DNA of 64,000 nucleotides from Lingula anatina. Its lineage: Eukaryota; Animalia; Brachiopoda. Below are positions 38,026 to 53,359 of the stretch, piece after piece (the first letter of the stretch is position 1; the number at the start of each line of letters is the position of its first letter). The position numbers and the translations under genes are program-made. Where the stretch lies: assembly GCA_051362555.1 (NCBI GenBank), contig CM120645.1, positions 806,001-870,000 on the forward strand, given 5' to 3'. Under the pieces are notes generated by a model. The model saw only the letters and a list, made by a program, of their open reading frames with translations. It searched no databases and was not told the origin of the DNA.

Positions 38026-39313
38026 TTAAATACTAACTGAAGGACGAATACGATGAAAGCGTGCCACATATAGATAAACAATGATTGTGTGCAGTCGGGC
38101 AGATAATCAGATAAGCGGTTGGGACTTGGGAGATGACAATTAAAGCTGTCACTCAGCAGCATCGGTAGAGGGAGAGGTGGCAATTAAGGCTGTCACTCAT
38201 CACCTAAAACGAGGCCAACTCAACTAACTTCCCTTACCCCAGCTGACTTACTCTAAGCATTGTGTTCTATTGTGTTTACCCTGTAATTATGTGCAATTTG
38301 CGATACGTAAGTTTATCCATATCCGTAATGTCACCTTCTCTGCACAAAACTGTACCACTAGTCAAAATCACTGTAAAACTCCCCCTCATTTTGTATATTT
38401 ATATAAGCAAAATCCCTATAACTTAAAAGGCCAAAGCCAATGTTGGTTATTATTTCACAGAAATAGTATTTTTAAAGTTGGCAATTGTAAAAAGGCAGAT
38501 ATAGCATATTGAGTATAATTTTATCTGCCAGAGATTGCAGGCATGAACTACCAGAAGAGGGCGCTATGCATTCCATATCAAGACAAGCTCTCCTGGTATG
38601 GATTTATGTTATTAAATGTACAGTGTATCATAAGAAGTTCTGATAAAGGTGCATCAAAATTGGGCAGAAGACTACACTGCAAATAGCACTAATATAATCC
38701 TATATTGAACTGAAGATGGCAGCACCTTATGCAACTGCATACTGTAGATGGCACCACTGCTCTCTGGAGATGTTTGAGGGACAATCCTTCCTGTGTTTAT
38801 GTTATGGCAGGTACAAAGATTTCACTGTCATCATTAAGTAATTGTAATACTCCTAGCAAATGTCTCTTTGCACATAGCATCTTCACATATTTGGATTTCC
38901 CAATAATAATCAAACATCTCTTGTAAATTTCATAGCAGGCAAACTATGGAATATATCTGGTGTCATAACTATTTCTGTTGACACAAATTCCTTTTGCATT
39001 TCATAAGATACAGGTATGAATTCATCCATTAGAAGAGCCTTGGTAAGTTTATTTGACTGTAGAAGGCAGCACAATTCAATCCTTCAAGTATAGGTGTCAG
39101 CACTTTACAATCCAGGCCACAACCATCAGTTATCAAAACCTTCCAAGTATATGAAACTAATTATACTAAAACTGGTAGAAGGCAGATTTAAAACATTCTG
39201 AACAGGAAACATTGTGGCACTAGAACACTATGAAGAAGGCACAGCCATGAGAATTACGACTGGTTACACTGTCTCCCATCTTCTTTTGGCCATAAGAGGA
39301 GAGAAAATGTCAG

Positions 39314-42300
39314 CTACAATGCAGTGGGCCCCCCTGTTGGAGAACTGGAACTCCCATCAGCAGGAGATGATGGGGATTCCCCTCTCAGTTTCAAGTAGCC
39401 TGGTTTGGGTGGTTTCTTCATGACAGGAGGTCTTGCTTTGATGGAGGGTTTAGGGGCCACAGCAGGGCCGGGACTGGAGGCTTTCTCCATTGAAGGGGTA
39501 GGCGACGGCACTGAGCGCTCAGGGCTTTCACGATAGGCAGGCGGGAGGGATCTGCCTGTGCGTGCACTTATCGTGGCACTGGTGCTGACGCTTCGTTTGA
39601 CCACACCTCCTTCCCGAACATCTCCTTGTTCTCCCACCACGTCCATGCCTGCCCTGAAGGTACTGGTGTGGGTGAGACTGCGCGGCATGGAGTTACTCAT
39701 GCCTTTCTTCAGCGTACACTGGTTGGACTTGGCGAAGGTCTCCGCACCACTGGTGGGACTATCTGGGTCACTTTGGTCTTGTGGGGGTGAGGGGGACTCT
39801 GTGTCTTTTGCATCAGGGGGCAAGTCCAACACCAAATCTGGAGTGTGTTTAGGATTGGGAGGAATAGTGAACTTTCGGTTGGCCTGGGGGCCAAAAGACG
39901 AAGACGTTCCACTTTCAGACCGAGTCCTCTCAGAATTTTTACCCAGGGGCATCACATCCCCTCTGCCTCCACTATCTCTTCGACCACCTTCTAACCCTTC
40001 CTCTTGTTTGCCTAATGATTCCACCTGGGTCATGACCTCTGACAGCGCGTGATCCAGGTCTCTTTCAAGGTCGTCCGTACTGTTATCCTTGGAGTCTCCT
40101 GAAGTCAGGCTCAGCTCACTGAGAGAAACGCTGTCTGTACTCTTACTCGTGATCGACCCTAAACTCTGATCAGAGCTGTCTTGGCGGGAATGATGGTGCT
40201 GCCTCCTATCTGTCCTGTCCACTGATATGTTTGGCTGTGAGACGGACTTGTCCAGTGGCCCAACGGTCAGAGGTTCGTCCACTTTGGGGCCGCTTGCACT
40301 GTACGTCTTTGCAGGAAGAGACTCGGTTGACCGTCGTTTATCATTTTGAGACACTTGTCTGGTTAATTCAAAGTCCCTATACGGTAAAAGAAAAAACATG
40401 TCATTAGAAAAGATTTGATAACACAGGCTTTATCAAAATAAATTTTGGAAAGGAAAAACTGTTAGTAAAATACATATTGTATTAGTACTAAACCTTGATA
40501 AATGAATAAAAAAAAAGGCCCCTGCATAGTGTGACTAGGAAGTAACACACCTCAAAAGACTTCTTTATTTAGTTTCAGTATTACTTTTTTGTTTAAATAC
40601 CTAATAATGTATAACTGTTTATGTTAACAACGTATCTGAATAACAAATTAAAAATGATCTGAAATTTATATTTTGTGTTGTGTCACAAGCATTAAAGGAG
40701 GTGAAAAAGCAATGAAACCATCACTGTTGGGTTTGTAATATTTTCATGGGATGTGAAATGTTAACTATCTTTAAGTGACACAATCACACAAAACTCGAGA
40801 AAGCTTAAGTAATCCTTAGATCAAAGATTTTGCCAAAATAGTGCTGTTTATTGGTAAGGTGCATAATTAAGCAGAAATATCAATAATTCTCTCTCTGTTA
40901 AGTGTTTCAGTGTAGGGAGATCTTTGTGAAAGTTAACAAAATGATAACTTACATTAGATTTCTGGTTTACCTACATCAAGACAACTAAACATCAACAAGA
41001 CAAACCAAGTAAAAGAATCCAAACATACTCAAACTAGTACAGCTGTAAGATTTAAGGAGGGTTTACATTTAAGATGGATAGAGCATTCTCAGTGAAAAAT
41101 TATAAATAAATAAAAATATAAGAAGAAAGCACAGTAGAAGAGAACATAATACTGACTGGTTTCTTGTCTGACTAGTAATGTTAGAAAAGCTTTACATGTC
41201 AGTATTTCTTGAGCTGAGGTTAGGGTCATTACTATTAACTTATCACATACACACATGCACAAACACACACATAAAAAAAAAAAAAAAAAATAAATAAAAA
41301 ATCCACACACACAAATGCACACACACACAAGATTCTATACGTGATCCCTACCTTGGAGTTTGAGCAATTTTGATATATTTGTCTGGTATGAGCCCTTCTT
41401 TTCCATTGAAGTAACCGTCCCACCAGTCACTGGACACTTGGCTGTACAATAACAACTGGTCTCCTTTCTTAAATGACAGTTCCCTTCCTGTGCGCCCCTC
41501 AAAGTCATACAATGCCACTGCCTCTGTGACCTCTGGTTCTGGAAAGAAGAAAGAGAAAATTTTTGTCTACTACATAATTATATGTTCTATAGTGGCATGA
41601 AGAAACTGGTGGAGCTTGTTATTCAATGTTTTCATTAATGTTTTCAATTTGGGAATTTTTAAAATAGAAATTGTCCGAGTTGGAAGGTGTAACTTTCAAC
41701 TGGCATTTTTCCTCCTACAGAAAATGTTTTTTATATTGCCCTTTGAATCTTGCATAATTAGGTTTCTCAGTGTTTGAAATTTCTTTGACTTCTTTGTTAA
41801 ATGTAATAACTTTCAAATATTGAAAATTTTCAACATTTATGATATTTAAATGAAATATAAAAAAATTATATATTTTCATGAAATGTGATGGAAAAGGTCC
41901 CAATAATTTCATGAATATATCTAACATCAATTTTAATAAAATAAATTCTGAATGAGAGTTAAGACAAACTGAGAACTCTTCATACATTTAAGTGTCTTAA
42001 AATGTTATTACAAGGCTAGACAAATACAATTAAAAAATGACTTACATTACTTTTAACAAAAATGATCAATTAACATTTAATGAAACAGGATATACAAACA
42101 AATAACAATGTCAACCAACAAAACATATAATCAAACACTACCAACAGTAACATATAATACAAGTTCTAAGACATTTATTTCACTATGCTAAAGAAATTTA
42201 TCAATATTACACTTACTTAACAACAATAACAAGAAACTACAACAAAAGTGCATTAAAACAAATCAAATGCAAAATTATTACAATACTAGTAGGATGCCTA

Positions 42301-45300
42301 TTAAAATCCACTTCTTCAAATATGACTGAGCCATGCATATAATATAACATTTAAAACAAAACTGAACATGGGTTTTCTTCCTTTTTTTTAAATTATTGAT
42401 AAACATAAAAAATGCATGTTATTCAGTAGTGAAAGTATGTTTGATATTTAAATATCCAAAAGTATATCATACTCAGAGCCAAGAGCAAACAACAGTTCTT
42501 TTTTCTCTTCCACCAGGTTTTTGTATTCCAAACAAGCCAAAACAGCCTACAGATGCTGTGAACTGCAGGTTATGCAGGCTCAGTCATGTAACAAACCCCT
42601 AAAGCATTCTGTGAACAATAGAACTCAGCATCAGTGTAATAACATGCATGTCAGGCAGAGAAAGCATGCATCATTGTCTGTGTGTGCAGTACTGTGTTGA
42701 ACAAGGCACCATGTGTGGCTAACAAAATAACCAGCTGATACAAATGAACACTAATGTACCAGCGAGCTGTTGGCATACCAAGATGTTCATGTCACCCCAT
42801 ACCATGAAGGTGTACCATGAATCTTTTGGTACAGCATGAAACTTCCTGTACCACAATACAATAATGGTGACCCATTAAACCATCGGGATACTATAAAATG
42901 TTGGTGCACCATAAGTCTGCTGGTTTACATTGATTAAACTGCCAATAATAACATGCACATTGACTGATCTGTGAGCAAATTTCACAAAACACTTCTGGTT
43001 TCCAAAGATACTATTAATTAGAACTCTTTTCAAAGATGACTTTCTGAAATTTGGGTAAGGTAGCGATTTCTCCATCTTCTTCTACAAGGCCAATGGATTC
43101 TATGTTTATCAAAACAGCTAAAGCTGCAACTGCAAGCATTCCTGCAAGAAGACCATCAGCCAAACTAGAAAAGGAGAGTTTCCAAGCATTAAAATGCCAA
43201 AAGCATTGTCTAAAACCGTGTGCTCTCAAGGAAACTTTCTTGTTACAAGTTTTGAAATAAGTAACCATATTTCCCAATTTTTTGGATTTTAAAATTGAAA
43301 TCTGGTTAATTGCCCCCAATAGCAAGGCATACTAGTGCATGGAACACCAACTTAGTTTCAATACAAAATAACGAAATCAGCTTTTAGAACTGGAACATAG
43401 ATGGCATGAAAGCAGAGTTTGAATTCCATGCACTAAATCCATGTGACCATATTTCAGGATCTGCAGAAATGCTGAGTTGCAGTCACCAATTACGATACAA
43501 CAGCAGGTCATTTCATACCTATAGGTCAGTATATGATCTGTGTATACACATAAGTCGATGTGTCACCTATATCTACACGCAGATCAATGACTGACCTATA
43601 TCCAGCAGATGGTCGATGAAAGACCTTAAAAATATCCCTAAGGCATATCCTGAGCTTCATATTTTGTATGAACCTGTTTCTTCATGTTCTTAAGCCTTAT
43701 AAGTTTACAGCTCCAGTCACAAATGCAAATTTGGTAATCCAGATTTGGGTGATTTTTACAGACGGTCATGTGATATTCAACAAAGGAGAAAAATATGATG
43801 GACTAATGCTTGACATAAGAAGCAATGAAGCATTGTGCCTGGTACCACCAGTTTTCACCCGGGTTAATGAGTGTCCTTGACCCCATGGTGGTTCTCGTGG
43901 CAACATTTGCTCAACGCTTTATTACTTCATAAGTCCAGTATTAGTATTTGAACTCTTATGTGACATCACACCACTGTTTGAATCTGAAGATCCACTCCTG
44001 TGACATAGTCAAAAGACCTGTGACTGGCAAAGACGTAAATAAAAAGTTGCTGAAGTTCAGTCGCAATAAGCGCGCATGTCTGATAATGTCTGGAGACTAG
44101 TAGATGAAGAAGCTGGTCCAGAACAGTTCTGAAACTCAAGCTACTGGTACGCTGAGCACATTGAAAACCCTTACTGTCTGGTGTAACAAGTACCTGTGAT
44201 GGTCCAGAGTTTGTTCAGAAAGGCTTGGACTATGAGAGGCATGCAGAATAAAAAGAGACAGGGTGCAGTGAAGCAGTTGGTGTCTTTATGTGACCTGGAG
44301 CTAGGTCACTTATGTGGCATACTAGGTCATATCTAGGGCAACTAGGTCATATGTGGCCAATGAGCAACTAGGTCACGTGACCAACTACGTCACATAATTG
44401 CATCATAATGTAATATATGTTTCACATGCAAATTAAATCTTCAGTATAGTGAAGAATGTCTTACTTTATAATCTATCATCCTATAAATATTATGTGGTAC
44501 AATACTGTTCTAATCACTGTACTTTATTGTAACATGTCTTACATGCAGAATGAAAAATTGCCAGTGGGACTGAATGACACTGGTTTCATTTTATGAAACT
44601 TCAATTCATATTAAATCAAATGATATTGCAGAAAGCTAGTGACGGAAATAACTTATTTTTGATCAATAATTACTGAAGTTTGGACTAATCTCAGATTTAA
44701 GATGAAGATGACCAATATTATTGATCTTTACAGATGTCTGGACCAAGTGCAACTAAAAGAATTTAATGATCTTTCTTTTGCTTAATATGATGGATTGGTC
44801 TGGATATTTATAAATATCAAGTGCATATGCCATGTTAAAGAAAAGAAAAATCATTTAAAAAGCATGCAAAATCTTTACTGATTTCAGAACATCAGGAAAC
44901 TTGATCAAAATGTCTACATGATCTGATTTTATGTAAAAGTACTAAATTTTTTAGCACTGCTTTTTGTCACTTATAAAAAAATGCTTCGCAAAGTCTGGTA
45001 ATTACTCTATCTTTTCAATGTGGGGAAATTGTGAATTTTACAGATACTATACATTTTTATTAATTTTTTAAAGTCATTAATTCTTAAAACTAGAACATTC
45101 TTATTGAGTGGTAGCAAAAATTTAAAAGCAGGCTACTCTATAGTTGTATACTATGCGGTAAAAGCACCACAAACGCTATACAGAAATATATGATTTTTGT
45201 GATAATATAATCATGTATCTGAAAGTGTGATGATTTTTTTGGTAATATTTTTAATTGTCCATTGAAAAGATGGAGTCATTACCACATATCTAAATCTAGT

Positions 45301-48300
45301 CTAATCAGTCACTCTGAATATCAACTGCAGGACAGTGACAAATAATCAGTATTCCACTAACTGTATAACTGTCAGTTCTTTGAACATCAGAGTGATTTTG
45401 TCTACTTTGATGACATTTGTCATCTACTACTGAAGATATATATGTATATAATATATACAAGCTGCAAGCAAGCTATTAACTGGTAGAAAACGCAAGCACC
45501 CTTACCTAACAAGTGATCTGCAGGACAGAAGAGAAAAGGAGAAAATACAGTGAGATACAAGACAACATGAAGTAACCTTTCAAATAGATATTGATATTGA
45601 TATATGAAATAGGATACATATGCTTCATAATGTAAGATATATGTATGCAGTGGTTTGGGGTAATCCAATTTTAAGATGTGCTTTTTTTTTTACGATCAAG
45701 TACCTGTCCAACATAATAATTAACTGACATTTGTTGGTCCCCAAATCCCATACAGATATTATCTTTGCTTATGCTAAGAGTCAATTTAACTGCTGATTGT
45801 AGCTTTCAAAAAGAAATATGGTGTTAATATGTGTGTGTGATAACTGTGGTATATAACACCATGCTAAATGATTTCTAATTAACTGTATATTAAGTTATTC
45901 CATGTAATTATTCAAAACAATTCATAAAAGAATAATGTATATGCAGCAATCAAATACAGGGTCATACGTATACCATACCATACTCACTTGATACAAATGC
46001 ATTTTCATCAAAAAAAATAAGATACTACATATACCCAAAAAATATTTATGCAATAATAATATCAAATGTTACTTTGGGAAACTCTTACTGCAGGGAGCTC
46101 TTCTTGGTACTATGCTGCCATCTACAGTGCATAAGACGGTAACACACCAATGATATCAGAGCTTTCATCATCGAGGTTTCTCATTGTAACAGACCAATGA
46201 AATGAGAGCTTCCATCAATAAGTTTTCCCACTGTAACATATTCTATCACAATCCCAATGTACAATGTAAATGACTAGCTATAGACAAGCAAATTGTGTAA
46301 ACTAGCACATGCCGTCCTCACCAAAGATATATAGCTACAGGGTTAGGGTATCGGATTGTGCACCTAAAGTCAAAGGAAGTTTTCTCTTCGTAAAACATTC
46401 AGTGATATGAATTGTTACTATAAATTATTTCAGTATTCTGTATAAATTCAGCATTGTGAGGAAAATTTGGTGTGGTCTTCTGTTGCAAATTATAGTTATC
46501 TTATAAATAAACAATATTTCTAATACAGCAGAAATAATGACACAATAATAGGATTATCATGGTGCTTATTTTCAATTTTGGTTTGGTGACTTTCATTTGG
46601 ATGAATTTACTTGTTTTTAGAAAATGTTAAAAGCAAAAGCAAAAACCAATTCTTAAAACAGTGATTTGCAATAGTGTAGCATTTCAGCCATTTTTCTCAC
46701 AGTTCAAAACAGCATCACAACATACAAATACATTATGTTGAACAAAAGAAACACAAAAATGAAAGCATTTCAAACAGAATAAATATATCCTTATTTTTGG
46801 GAGTGCATAGCATAATTTGCAAATACAGGAATTCAAAGGGGGGGGGGGGGGGGGGAGAGACCCTTTTGTAATCTCCGCTGTTTTTGGTGGGTATTTTGCA
46901 ATATAACTTTTATTGCTTTCTTTATTTCTTTTCTTTCATTTTTTTGTGGGGGGTGGGGGTGGGGGCAGTGCTGGATTGCACTCTTTGTTTTGACAAATGG
47001 GGTGAGTGAGGGGTTGGTTGGGTGCATCTGCCTTTTCACAGGAACATAAGAATCACTTTTGTCTTCAAATTTGAGCTAGGAAACAATTATCTTTTGCCAA
47101 GCGTTTAGTTTGCCATTTAGTTTTCATTTAAAAGTGAGTCTACACTGAAGCAATTCTAAAGACACTGAGATACACAAAACCATGGAAAATGTTTAAGACA
47201 GAGACTGAAAACAATTGCACAATTGTGACAGATGAGACAAGGCCAATTGTGACAGAAATGACATGAAGATGCTCTGAGGAGGAGCACCTGAAAAATAAAC
47301 TTACCGTCTTCACTGACAACATCATCATCCACTTCATCCTCTTCGTCCGATAATTCTGCCAACTCACGATCACTAGAAAGAAATAACATTTTATTTAATA
47401 CTTAAAGAGCATGAAGTTAGTTTTTTTTGTGAACTGTTTTATGTGATAAAATATCTAAAATTACAAAATCATGATAATATTTCCCCTTCTCCAACCTCCT
47501 TGGATTCTGCTCTAAATTTTGAGAGCACTTTCAAAATATAAAATTCAACCCCTGATTCTCAGGGCACATGCCTTCATGCTGATATGGTATTAACAGCACT
47601 CTCAGGACATCAAACCTATATGATATTCAAGGTACACGCTTTGAAAATGCAGCACAACAGCTTGGTTCCCCAGGGTGCATCAACTGCCTAGTACCATATA
47701 TCATATAACACACTATAATCTGCCCATCAAATATACCAAAGCTAGGATCTGTTATCTGCCACTGATTGGACACTCACAGGGTCCTTGTCATGCCTGTATA
47801 GGACTGGAACTTCTCTATACCAACTTGTTCCTTGTCATTTTCGGATGATCTGTTTTTTTTAAATTATAATAATTTCTTAACTTCAGTGGAAGGTGGGTTA
47901 CTGGAATATCATATACTGAATTTGTTGATTCACTGCCACACTTAGGCCCAGGCCCTATCAAATCAGTTTGAGGAAGGTCAGGGTATAAAGTACCAAAATA
48001 AAATCAGCACAGATGCAAGGGCTAAATCTACAAGCTGAGATTCAGTTCAATTAACAAATGTTATCAAACCTGTCATCATCAATGCTTGGACTCACTCTCA
48101 GGTTATGTTATTATAGCCAAAATAACTTGACAGTTTCAGGCACATACAAATCTAAACTGTCAAGGATAATTTCTTAAATGCAGTCCACTCAACAGAAATA
48201 AGACCAAAATATTTGTTCAAGGTATGCAGGAATTTTAGACTTTAAAATTTGTTTTAAAAGATATGTTGGAGATAAACTTCGATTTTTGTTATGCAGAATT

Positions 48301-49306
48301 TCCTGTATCTTTTAAGTCCCTTCTCAGTTTTTGGCTATAACCAAGCATATTTGAGAGACTCCAGAGACAAGCATTTAATGTAGTTATGCAGAGCTATATT
48401 GTCCAATCAAGTCTGAAAACTTTTAAGGTGCAATTAGTGAAAATCACCCAATTGAAGAAAAGTTTTTTTTTAATTTTCTGGACTTTTGAGTGTTAAAAGG
48501 TGAACAACACTGCAATCTCATCATAAAGATTTCATCAACTCCTATAATAAGTAATTCTGAAAACTGATGAAGATGCAGCATTGTCTCCTCAGCAACAAAT
48601 GTCCAGGAATGTTTCTACAAACTTTTCTCAATATATTATTAGCATAAAACTTCAGTGAAATTATTGTAAGGTATTCTAACAATGGGTTAAGATAAAAACA
48701 TGTCAACAAGTGCATTTCCAACATCTAGAGCATACTTGTGAAAGTGGATCTCACCCTAAATACTGTGAGCACCTATGAGAACTGAAAGCCAAGAGAACGT
48801 TGACTTAAAAAATAAACATATACACCAAGTGCCACTACGTGTTTAGAACAGTTTAAGGAAAATGTTTTGCCACAACTAAAAGCTGATAGCAATGTGAATA
48901 TGCTGAAGCAGTGACAAAATTATTTATGTGTTTATTGGAATGCTGTAAAATAATTGCACTATAAGCAAGAGAGGCAATTTTTTTTCTCTCATATTGATTT
49001 TAATCTATTAATTTCATACTGGTTTCATGGTAGAGGCAGTTTCAATTTAGTTGGGCTAGTATGAAGTAAGTATGAATAAGCATATTATTATACTACTAAT
49101 GCTAAGTATTATATAAATTTAACTGTTAAAGATATGCAAGAGAAACAATTTTCTGCTATCTGGCAGGTTTATTTTGGCATAAGTACAATAAATAGGTAGA
49201 AAGCATTTAGAAGTATTTGAAATTTCTCATCTGTTCTGTGGATTATTTCCAATGAAAAACACTGTATATAGCAATTCATGAATAATAAAAAAATAACTAA
49301 ATAAAA

Positions 49307-49337
<31 letters not shown>

Positions 49338-50052
49338 AATAAAATGAACAAATAAATAAAAATTGTCCTGCTAAAAATTCTCAACCTGCCGTAAGCCTGA
49401 AGTCAAAACTGAGATCAATTTATTTTCAAGGTCAAAGATAATGTCAGAGGTCAATGTCAGGTCAAAGATAATGTCAGGTCAAGGTTACATCAACTCACCC
49501 TTCCTCCATCATCATCCTCTCATAGACAGTTCCACCGTCATCGTTGGGGAAGATCTCCTCCTGGTGGCTGAGGATGAGTTTAATGAGGTCGTTGACGTAG
49601 CTCTGGTAGGTGACGGGGTCCTTGTCCCCAGGGACAGGAAGGAGGGTGGGGCCAAAACATATGGCCAGGTTATACGGATCCATCATGTTTTCATCACTGA
49701 ACTCGGATAAACTGGAAAGGGAAGTTTAAATGCTGGTTGGACATGTTGGAACTGGGGTAAAGTTTACTCTTAATCTAAAGCAACAATGCCAATGTGAGGG
49801 TTTTTAATCTGAAATTGTTGGAAATTGTTGGAAAATACTTACTGATTTAGGAAGGAAAAGAGATATCTTAGCACCACAAAAACTGGACGTGGAAGTTGTG
49901 TGATCAGTTCTCGGAGTCGCGTTATGGAATCTTTGACGTTGTCTATCCCTGAAAAATATTATGTAGTCACTGTATTAAGGTTTTTGTCTTAACAAATTGG
50001 AATGTTAGGCACTACGAAATATTTTACAAATGCCAAACAAAACTGTATTGTC

Positions 50053-50101
<49 letters not shown>

Positions 50102-53100
50102 ACATACTTGTACAGTCTATAAGAGCATCAAACATTTGTGTGGGGAAGATGGGTTCTCGTAATTCCCGGAAGTAAAGTTTCAGAACACCTGCCACGGAGT
50201 TGATACTGATATTGTCTGTCATTTCTATCAGCGGGTCTTCTCCTAGGAGACAATGGAACAGCTGTTATGATTGGCCAAAATAATGAATAGGACAAATACC
50301 ATGTTGGTGCTGAACTCGACAGAAAAGCTCAACATAACTTTAATTACTTTGCAATTCCTACAAAGCTTCATAGGTACATTGCTGTTTGTTCTCTTAATTT
50401 AGCAAAAATTTTTTGTGAAAATTAGACATTTTTGTTACTTTGCCCAAAAACTCTACAAAGTCCTGTCAATTTTTAAAACTCTTGCGAGATAATAACCCTG
50501 ATATAAAAGTCCTCAGTGAAGAAGTTACAAACAATTATTAGCCTAAGTCTGGTTACTTACCTTTTTCAAAGGCTGCCTTGAACTCATTGATTTCTAACTG
50601 TGATCCGGACACACGGAACACCCCCTGATTATGCATACCTGAAATAAAACATACAGAATCTTTTCCCATTACTGTAATTACTCATAAATTTTAAAGAAAA
50701 AAAAAAAAGAAAAAGAAAAAAAAATGGCAAGGACTGGTCATGCAATAATTCACAAGTAAGAGAAAATTGCTCTTTACCCCAGGAAAATAAATATTGGCAG
50801 GACAATCCCTTGAAATGGCCCTTTACACTTTTTAAAAATTTATTTTATTATTATTTTTTTTTGGTATAAACCATGTGTAAAGAAATTGATTGAGATTTTT
50901 GTTCTTGATAGAAAGTGAAATATGAAGTGCTACCCACCATATAAATTGATGATTCGAACACAACTCCTGATGATGAGAGGGACATCAACGCCTGTCACCT
51001 GAAAGAAACAGCAACAGAGACACTGAGACAGGCCTCCATAGCTTGGTCATATAAGAGAGAAAGAGAGAGGCCCTTGCTGGAGAAGCCATAGCAAAACATT
51101 CATATACCACATTGGTCATGTGCATCCATCTGCATGTGTCACCACAGGTGCACAGAAAACTTTTCATTTTTAGGAAAAATTACTTCAAGTGCTCGGCGTT
51201 AAATTCAACTACTAGCTTGAGCAAAGGTATATGAGTCCCAGGAATGTTATTTTTTACCTCTGCATATTCCTCAATGCTGCCTCCAAATAACTTAGGCTGT
51301 CCTACAGTTGGAGCTTTCCCTATGCGACGTTTCCTTGGCTTTGGCGGGAGCGATGGAGGTCTGAAGGAAATACTATGTGTTTAACTGTAGGATATGCAAG
51401 GAAAACTAACAGGTACACCTCAATTTATTTTGAGTTTATTTTCCCCTTTACCACATCTTTCCTGTTCTTTTGATGGGTTCTTTATTTTACACACCATGTA
51501 AATGTAGCCGAGTAACACATAACAAAATCGACCATATTTCATAAGGATCAGCTTCTTTATTCCTTCCTAAGTCCTGTATACTTATACATGCACACTCACG
51601 TGGAATTGCGAACACTGACAAAGAATAGTGTTGAGCGGTGATTTTATACTACCCTCTCACGTGACTGCCAATATCAATGCTTTATGTAATACTGTACTGA
51701 AATTTTGTAACCCTATTACATAAACAACATATACATAATAAACATACATTGAAACTAAAAATAAAATAAAAAATAAAAATTCCATATCTACCTTGTTGTC
51801 TGTCCTATTTTGACGCCCTCGCCCAGTGCCTTCTGTATTGAAGTGTGTTGAGCCTGAAGACGAGCCACTTTATTGCTGCCTAGCACATATTCTTTAAATT
51901 TCTGGAGAAATAAGGAAAAATTCTTTGAACTTGACTTAAAACTTGACTGTAATCTCACCAGTTGAGGTTATAAAAATATTCTGCTCAGGATGATCTACTT
52001 GTGTTAAGGATATCAAAATCCTTTTTAATATATCATGAAAATTTTAATTGGGATGATTTTTTTTTCCATTTATCAGTCTAAAACATAATTCCTGCTTACG
52101 TAATTCAGCCAATATAGAGTACTATACACAGCGTCACATCTGACACAAAGTCATATCAAATACTTCAAATCTGTCATATTGCTGCATTAAAACCTAACAC
52201 ACTGTCACACCTATCATACTTTCTCACACTTAACACACTGTCACAGCAAATCCGCAGTGCCTTACCTCTAAATAATAAACCTCAATGTCACTTCTGTTGG
52301 ACTTCAGTTTGGCCACTTCACTGGGAGACTTGGGAGGCACTTTCTGTGGATCTTGGAAATATGGCGTGACATCGTACTCCTGACTTGTGATCATTTCCAT
52401 GAGAGTTTTATCAGCAGCTTCTAGTGACTTCCACACCTGGAAATATCACACGTAATGACAGCTTTAAATAGGATTCTAAATTCACTATTACATCCAGCAC
52501 AATCAACTGCATCAGAAAACCAATTTTACCACTGTATCCAAAATAATTCATGGTCTCACCAATCACAATTGTTGACACACTTGTCACAATCCAATAGCTC
52601 TCCTATACAATTTCACTGGCAGAACCATAAACTTATCAAATATGGTGTAACCTAGCACACTGTCTCACCTAACACAATGCACTCTCACTTAACATAATTT
52701 CCTCTCTCACCTAACACAATCCACTGTCTCACCAAACGCAATTCCATGCCTCACCTCATCATTCTCTAGTTTCAGCTCCTCTAATCTCTTGGAGAGCTGG
52801 TCGTATCTCTGGACTAACTCATCTTGCACAGACTTCTGAGCACTGACTTGAATCACCTGTAGGATGTACAGAATCTTATTACGTCTTTGTATTCCATTCA
52901 CTTTGTTATTATGTCCTGTCCAGTTAAAGAAATCCAGCTCTGACACAAACAACAGATTTGTTAATATTTTTCAATTACTCCATGTGTGAACCTTAAACTG
53001 ATTATTTTGGTCAGTCACCCTAACTAGAAACAGTCCTTTAGACTAATAAAATTGGTTTTGCAAGGAATCGTTTCTCACCTCGTCCCCTTTATGTGCCTGA

Positions 53101-53309
53101 AACTCAAATTTCTTCGGTAGAGCAAATATCGTGCTATTGCTCTCCAGAAATTTTTTCTTGTCCAGTCTGGCATCTCCCACATCGGTGATACCCTTATTGA
53201 GCAGATCTATGGCAAACTTGTGCGAGTTTTTCACATTTTCTTCAACCGACAGAGTTGTCATCATGAGCCTCGCCATTGCAGCGTGATAGCCGTAATCCAT
53301 GCCCTGAGG

Positions 53310-53359
<50 letters not shown>

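Noticed and set aside
39558-40052. Plus-strand 164-aa ORF
   Set aside because: It is the antisense shadow of the srGAP last exon.
40968-40990. Possible 14-nt microexon (tag|TTGTCTTGATGTAG|gtaaac)
   Set aside because: It is not a multiple of 3, so it would shift the frame of the srGAP terminal exon.
43014-43325. 103-aa minus-strand ORF with a hydrophobic stretch in an srGAP intron
   Set aside because: It has a non-ATG start, I found no convincing acceptor in the required phase, and I recognise no homology. It cannot be fully excluded as an alternative terminal exon.
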